Below the pieces are notes generated by a model. The model saw nothing but the letters and a program-made list of their open reading frames with translations, was not told the origin of the DNA and searched no databases. Source: a virus. Taken from it: a stretch of DNA of 64,000 nucleotides. The stretch lies in the IMG/VR virus record IMGVR_UViG_3300045988_132388. One strand, written 5' to 3'. This document shows positions 60,286 through 64,000 of this stretch, piece after piece. Each line of letters begins with the position of its first letter. Position 1 is the stretch's first letter. A program made the position numbers and the translations under genes.

Positions 60286-60299
60286 TCTATAATATACTA
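60286..60299 (-). promoter_or_regulatory. cassette motif variant TCTATAATATACTA, copy 2
   Basis: 16 nt upstream of the ATG at 60269. Confidence 0.4.
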
Positions 60300-60536
60300 T
60301 TCGACAATAATTTCAATCCGTGACAAATCATTGTCTACATTGATTGCATACCCCTTATAATTGATGCCGTAGCCTATGCAGCCATAACTACAAAATAAAG
60401 GTTCACAAATCATTCGGGAGCCATACCAAGTGAAGCCTCTTGGATCTCGATTATATCCATTAAGCCAATTTTCACAATCGCCTGAACGTTTCACAATAGC
60501 ATTGATTAAACGCCTCAATTCATTAGGTATTCTCAT
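60297..60536 (-). CDS. hypothetical protein
   Basis: 79-aa ORF. Confidence 0.55.
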   Translation of the reverse strand: MRIPNELRRLINAIVKRSGDCENWLNGYNRDPRGFTWYGSRMICEPLFCSYGCIGYGINYKGYAINVDNDLSRIEIIVE

Positions 60537-60558
60537 AATTTTCTAATATTTTACACGT

Positions 60559-60572
60559 TCTATAATATAGGG
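60559..60572 (-). promoter_or_regulatory. cassette motif TCTATAATATAGGG, copy 3
   Basis: 22 nt upstream of the ATG at 60536. The spacer CATAATTTTCTAATATTTT is identical to that of copy 4. Confidence 0.5.
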
Positions 60573-60574
60573 TG

Positions 60575-60922
60575 TTACTTGCTTTGTGTCCCAGCCGAGC
60601 GACGGTGCGCCATTCCCGACTTGACAAAAATTTGGGGGACGGAGAGGTGGCGGCCGGCAGAGGCAGGCGCGGCACACACGGCTGCGCCGTAGTATATAAG
60701 AAGGCGAGAAAGGTAATCAAGGGAGGAGCACCAGAGGGGCAGCGGGGTGGCGTGAGAAACAGATAGCGCGACATTCACGGCTTTAAAATCGGCATCGGCA
60801 GGGATAGTGTCGCAGTCTGCGGTGGGCGCGTTGTGGGCGATCCACTCGCGTATATTTTCGTTCAGACTGGCGGGGGCATTGTACCGCACGCCCAGAATTG
60901 AAAAAGTTCTTTTCTTATTCAT
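60575..60922 (-). CDS. hypothetical protein
   Basis: 115-aa ORF in GC-richer DNA. The frame choice is less certain because shadow ORFs are also open. Confidence 0.5.
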   Translation of the reverse strand: MNKKRTFSILGVRYNAPASLNENIREWIAHNAPTADCDTIPADADFKAVNVALSVSHATPLPLWCSSLDYLSRLLIYYGAAVCAAPASAGRHLSVPQIFVKSGMAHRRSAGTQSK

Positions 60923-60944
60923 AATTTTCTAATATTTTGAAAGG

Positions 60945-60958
60945 TCTATAATATAGGG
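60945..60958 (-). promoter_or_regulatory. cassette motif TCTATAATATAGGG, copy 4
   Basis: 22 nt upstream of the ATG at 60922. Confidence 0.5.
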
Positions 60959-60970
60959 GGTATCTCCTGA

Positions 60971-61003
60971 GCGTGTGCGGAATCCTTAATATTTCGCACA
61001 CGC
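60971..61003 (-). terminator. 9-bp-stem hairpin after the 805-aa gene
   Basis: GCGTGTGCG (60971-60979) pairs with CGCACACGC (60995-61003). There is no clear U-run. Cassette motifs 4 and 5 flank it. Confidence 0.4.
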
Positions 61004-61015
61004 TATAATATAGGA
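61002..61015 (-). promoter_or_regulatory. cassette motif variant GCTATAATATAGGA, copy 5
   Basis: Immediately downstream of the 805-aa gene stop and overlapping the hairpin arm. Confidence 0.35.
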
Positions 61016-61017
61016 GT

Positions 61018-63435
61018 TTATGCGGCGGTGTGCTGCTTTGGATGTGGCGTGCCGAACAGGTAGCGCCATTCTTCAGGCGTGAGCGCTTCGGCGGCTCTGC
61101 GGTCGGCGGTGCTGCTTAACCTCTGGATGGCCTCCAGTGCGCAAGATGTGGCCGACCGTTCGCCCACGCTTTCGGGCGATATGCTCGCGGCTAACGTCAT
61201 GAGGTCGTACACCTCCACGCCTAAAGCGTTGAGGGCATGCAGCCTGGCGCGTAATGCGTCCAGCGGGTTTTTATTCCTGCCGTTCTGGCGAAGGTCGGCG
61301 GCGACGTAACGCAATAGGGCGAGGCGTTCAGCGGGTGCCGTGATTTCATCGGCTGTGGAATCGGGCGGCGTGCTCTCGCCTTTCTCGGTGCTGTCTTCCG
61401 GCTGCTCCTCCTTGCTGAAGCCGTACAGCGTGCGGAACTCGTCAGCCGTGAGCACGGCGGCGGCACGCTGTCGGGCGCGTTGGTCGGCCTTATAGTCGGC
61501 ACGTTGCACGAGGTCGGCAACGTCCACGCCACACACAAAGAGGGCGGAAAGTCTCGCGTTTATGGCGGCTATGTGCTCCCCTGCTTGCGTCAATCGGTCG
61601 AAGTCTTCGGCGGCACTACGCAACAGCTCCAGGCGGTCAGATGCCAGCACGTCCGCGAAGTCTTCCGCGTTGTCGGTCGGTGCGGTTGCCGTGATTTCGG
61701 CGGCCTCGTATAACGTAGCATCTGCGCCCGTCTGGGCGGTTGTGCTGTCTTCTTCGGCGGTCTGGGCATCAGCTACCACGAACCACTCGCGCAGGCGTTC
61801 CACGGCCTCGGGTTCGCGTGCTTGCCACTGCTGGGCGGTTTTGTTCCAGGTCGCACCGTGTGCCTTGATTGCCTTACGGTTGCGGTAGGTGGTGCGGCTG
61901 TCGCCTACCACTGCCACGCCCTCGGCAGTCTCCAACAACTGCAGACCCTCGGCGGGTGCGTCGGTGTCGGTCTGTGCTGCATCCTGAGCGTGTGCGGCTT
62001 CGGTGTGCTTGGTCGGTGTCGGGTCGGTAGGCTCTGGCGTTGTGGTCTTGGTGTAGCTGCGCACATTCCAAGCACGGCGGGCGATGGTCTCGGCGTTCTC
62101 GGCGTAACCGTGTGCGAAGATGTCGCACACGTCCACGCCCAGGGCTGCGGCCACGGCCTCGGCCTCCTTGTTGGCGTATGTGTACGCGTCAGTATAACCG
62201 TATTTATTGCGATTGTCGGCGGCTGGCACGGCTGCGAAGATCTGCGCCAATATCTCGGCGCGTGCCTCGTCCGACATTTCGCGGCTTGTCTTAATATCGC
62301 CGCCGTTGCTGCCCATGGTCAGGCGTGCGAAGTCGGCAAACTCGGCGTAATCTACGCCCGTACTGTCGTCCCATCCGTTGAAGGTGTCACGGCAACGGCA
62401 GAACAACGAAAGATCGGTTTTTTCGTTGAACTCCTCAACGGTCGGGCCGTCGGTCCATGACAATTCAAAATCGGCGCCCCAGCCGTGGCGAACCTTCAAA
62501 GAGAATTTAACGCCGGGGAAGGCGGCGCGACACATTGCTAAAATATTAGCCTTCCGCGCGTTCATTAGCTGGCGGCTTGTGGTCTTCGGGTCAGCCTCTA
62601 ACGGGCGCACATCCTGCATCAGGTGCGCCCACTTGGCGCAACGTGCGCGATACTTTGCGCGGCGCTGCGCTCTCTTCTCTGCTGCCTGTCGCTCCTCTTC
62701 CGCCTTGCGGGCTTCTTCGGCTGCCTTAACGCTTGCCACCTCGTCGGCGAGCATTACGGGCCACTCTATAGGTACATATATATAACGGGCGTAATTGTAG
62801 CCCTCGGAATCTATAAGATAGTATTTGCCCGATGGTGACACGACGAGCGCGCCGACGGTATAAAAAGTACCCAATTTTTCAGGGTCGTTATAGTATGTAT
62901 CGCCTTCGTCCACGTCCTCAGAACGTGAAAAGCCCTGCAGGTTGTGACGTGTTACCAGTTCATCGGCAAGTCCCGGGCGTACAAAATCCGCCTCCGATAC
63001 ATTTATAATTTGCTCAACACAACATAAGCGGGCGGGCTTCTCGGCTGCGTGTGTGTAGTAGTTGAGGTTGTGCAGCTCCTCCATCAGGCCGCGGCCTCCG
63101 TCACACTTTAGGCCGCTATTATCAGCCCAGAAGAAGCCACCAACGGCGGGCACTCCTTCGAGGCGGTCGGCCTCCTGCGCGTGCTGTGCGTACTTGGTGC
63201 GCTGGTGTGCGGCCTTCTTCTCTGCGATGATCTCGCGGGCTTTTGCTTCTGCTTGCTCGGTCGTGTCCTTGCCGAAGGTTTTAATATATGCCGGACGTGA
63301 TACGGGCGACATGGTGCCGCACCATCCGCACAAGCAAATATATTGCTCGTTGTCGCTGTAATACTGTGCGCTCTCGGCCTTGTCGGCAAATACTTTTACT
63401 AAATTCTCGACTATCTCGTTAAATGTTGCTTTCAT
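61018..63435 (-). CDS. large GC-rich multidomain protein (polyvalent-protein-like)
   Basis: 805 aa. It has a Cys-containing N-terminus and a basic coiled coil. FSLKVRHGWGADFELSWTDGP...TFNGWDDSTG is a domain reminiscent of those in large polyvalent proteins of mobile elements. A small G.T.YRNRKAIKAHGATWNKTAQQW module and two ~90-aa C-terminal repeats follow. Confidence 0.7.
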   Translation of the reverse strand: MKATFNEIVENLVKVFADKAESAQYYSDNEQYICLCGWCGTMSPVSRPAYIKTFGKDTTEQAEAKAREIIAEKKAAHQRTKYAQHAQEADRLEGVPAVGGFFWADNSGLKCDGGRGLMEELHNLNYYTHAAEKPARLCCVEQIINVSEADFVRPGLADELVTRHNLQGFSRSEDVDEGDTYYNDPEKLGTFYTVGALVVSPSGKYYLIDSEGYNYARYIYVPIEWPVMLADEVASVKAAEEARKAEEERQAAEKRAQRRAKYRARCAKWAHLMQDVRPLEADPKTTSRQLMNARKANILAMCRAAFPGVKFSLKVRHGWGADFELSWTDGPTVEEFNEKTDLSLFCRCRDTFNGWDDSTGVDYAEFADFARLTMGSNGGDIKTSREMSDEARAEILAQIFAAVPAADNRNKYGYTDAYTYANKEAEAVAAALGVDVCDIFAHGYAENAETIARRAWNVRSYTKTTTPEPTDPTPTKHTEAAHAQDAAQTDTDAPAEGLQLLETAEGVAVVGDSRTTYRNRKAIKAHGATWNKTAQQWQAREPEAVERLREWFVVADAQTAEEDSTTAQTGADATLYEAAEITATAPTDNAEDFADVLASDRLELLRSAAEDFDRLTQAGEHIAAINARLSALFVCGVDVADLVQRADYKADQRARQRAAAVLTADEFRTLYGFSKEEQPEDSTEKGESTPPDSTADEITAPAERLALLRYVAADLRQNGRNKNPLDALRARLHALNALGVEVYDLMTLAASISPESVGERSATSCALEAIQRLSSTADRRAAEALTPEEWRYLFGTPHPKQHTAA

Positions 63436-63479
63436 AATCTTTGTATTTTTGTTACTAATTCAGTGAATAAAAAGGGGGT

Positions 63480-63493
63480 GCTATAATATAACG
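63480..63493 (-). promoter_or_regulatory. cassette motif variant GCTATAATATAACG, copy 6
   Basis: About 45 nt upstream of the ATG at 63435. Confidence 0.35.
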
Positions 63494-63623
63494 TTATAGT
63501 CTGTTTTCTGCCAGACACTCATTATATCCGTAGTCCTTTTGCTGATACATCAGGGCGGCTGTGATAGTCTGGGGGGTAGCGGTGATTGTCTTCATAATCT
63601 ATAGGGTGTTATATGGTTAGTAA

Positions 63624-64000
63624 TCAGGCGCGAAACATACGACGCCAAAAGCTGAAGATCTCGAACGGCATACAAACAGGGAAAGAGCCAGGGAACAGAC
63701 GGGCAACCACTGCCAAGGCGTTACATTCCACATTGATTCCAAGTTCAAGCGCAGGGCCAAACATGACGAGGAGAGAGAGAAAGAAGCGCACGCGCCCAGT
63801 GATGCCGAATGCGTCGAAGATCGCGAGCAAGCCCGCAACACAGCCGAACGCGGCAGAAAATGCAAGGATGAGAACGACGAGGAGCGAGAGGAGGAGAGCG
63901 GCACGCCTGGCGGCCTTGGCTGCGTATGTCTTGCCGCTTGCTGCTACCTTTGCGGCTGTCTGGGTGAAGCGTGACGGCTCGGCGGGTGTCTGGTTGCCCT
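63624..64000 (-). CDS. membrane protein, C-terminal part (5' end beyond the window)
   Basis: Hand translation of the frame containing ORF 63624..63830 stays open to base 64000. It gives ...AARRAALLLSLLVVLILAFSAAFGCVAGLLAIFDAFGITGRVRFFLSLLVMFGPALELG..., with several hydrophobic helices. Confidence 0.55.
   Translation of the reverse strand, partial: GNQTPAEPSRFTQTAAKVAASGKTYAAKAARRAALLLSLLVVLILAFSAAFGCVAGLLAIFDAFGITGRVRFFLSLLVMFGPALELGINVECNALAVVARLFPGSFPVCMPFEIFSFWRRMFRA

Noticed and set aside
61079-62838. Numerous 70-210-aa ORFs on both strands inside the 805-aa gene
   Set aside because: High GC content suppresses stop codons. The translations are Arg/Ala/Pro/Ser-rich, which is typical of out-of-frame GC-rich DNA. 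Only the 805-aa frame has domain-like sequence.
1-64000. Integrase/excisionase, transposase, CRISPR-Cas, reverse transcriptase (retron/DGR) or rRNA genes
   Set aside because: None of the ORF translations shows the corresponding catalytic motifs: tyrosine or serine recombinase, DDE, the YxDD motif of reverse transcriptases, or Cas signatures. Absence within this window does not exclude them elsewhere in the genome.

Overview
This window is about 64 kb of a tailed, siphovirus-like phage genome. Expression signals look Bacteroidota-type: TAnnTTTG -7 boxes, no Shine-Dalgarno sequences, and lipobox proteins. The same contig carries a plasmid-style maintenance module (ParA, a ribbon-helix-helix partner, a Rep initiator and two inverted sets of four 22-bp-phased iterons). 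No integrase is visible, so this is a candidate phage-plasmid.

Layout by coordinate:
- 1-2.6 kb: capsid gene (partial) and protease-scaffold gene.
- 2.65 kb: a tRNA-Met-like gene.
- 3.4-8.2 kb: nucleotide/RNA-modification cluster (MazG-like, divergent ThyX-like, dNMP-kinase-like, RlmN/Cfr-like radical SAM).
- 8.2-8.35 kb: a circularly permuted tRNA-like RNA.
- 10.9-13.2 kb: plus-strand block of small membrane or secreted Cys-rich proteins.
- 13.4-14.9 kb: LysR-family cargo gene plus about 0.6 kb of non-coding DNA.
- 14.9-20.4 kb: 1822-aa tape measure gene, followed by a holin-like gene.
- 22.3-29.5 kb: plus-strand DNA-modification and packaging block (B12-type radical SAM, PAPS-reductase-like, two DNA methyltransferases, large terminase).
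- 29.7-35.6 kb: accessory island with two tandem-repeat beta-solenoid-like proteins.
- 36.3-44.7 kb: replication genes (beta clamp, SSB with an E. coli-like DDLPF tip, 1229-aa primase-helicase, DEDD exonuclease).
- 45.3 kb: a lone divergent HTH gene.
- 47.6-51.2 kb: plasmid replicon and partition module.
- 52.7-54.2 kb: truncated NAD-ligase with a C-terminal membrane tail.
- 54-64 kb: small early-type genes, containing a duplicated ~170-nt structured RNA with tRNA T-arm-like modules, a reiterated promoter-like cassette motif and a GC-rich 805-aa gene.

All product calls come from motifs recognised by eye, not from searches. Coordinates of non-ORF-track features were counted by hand and could be off by a base or two.
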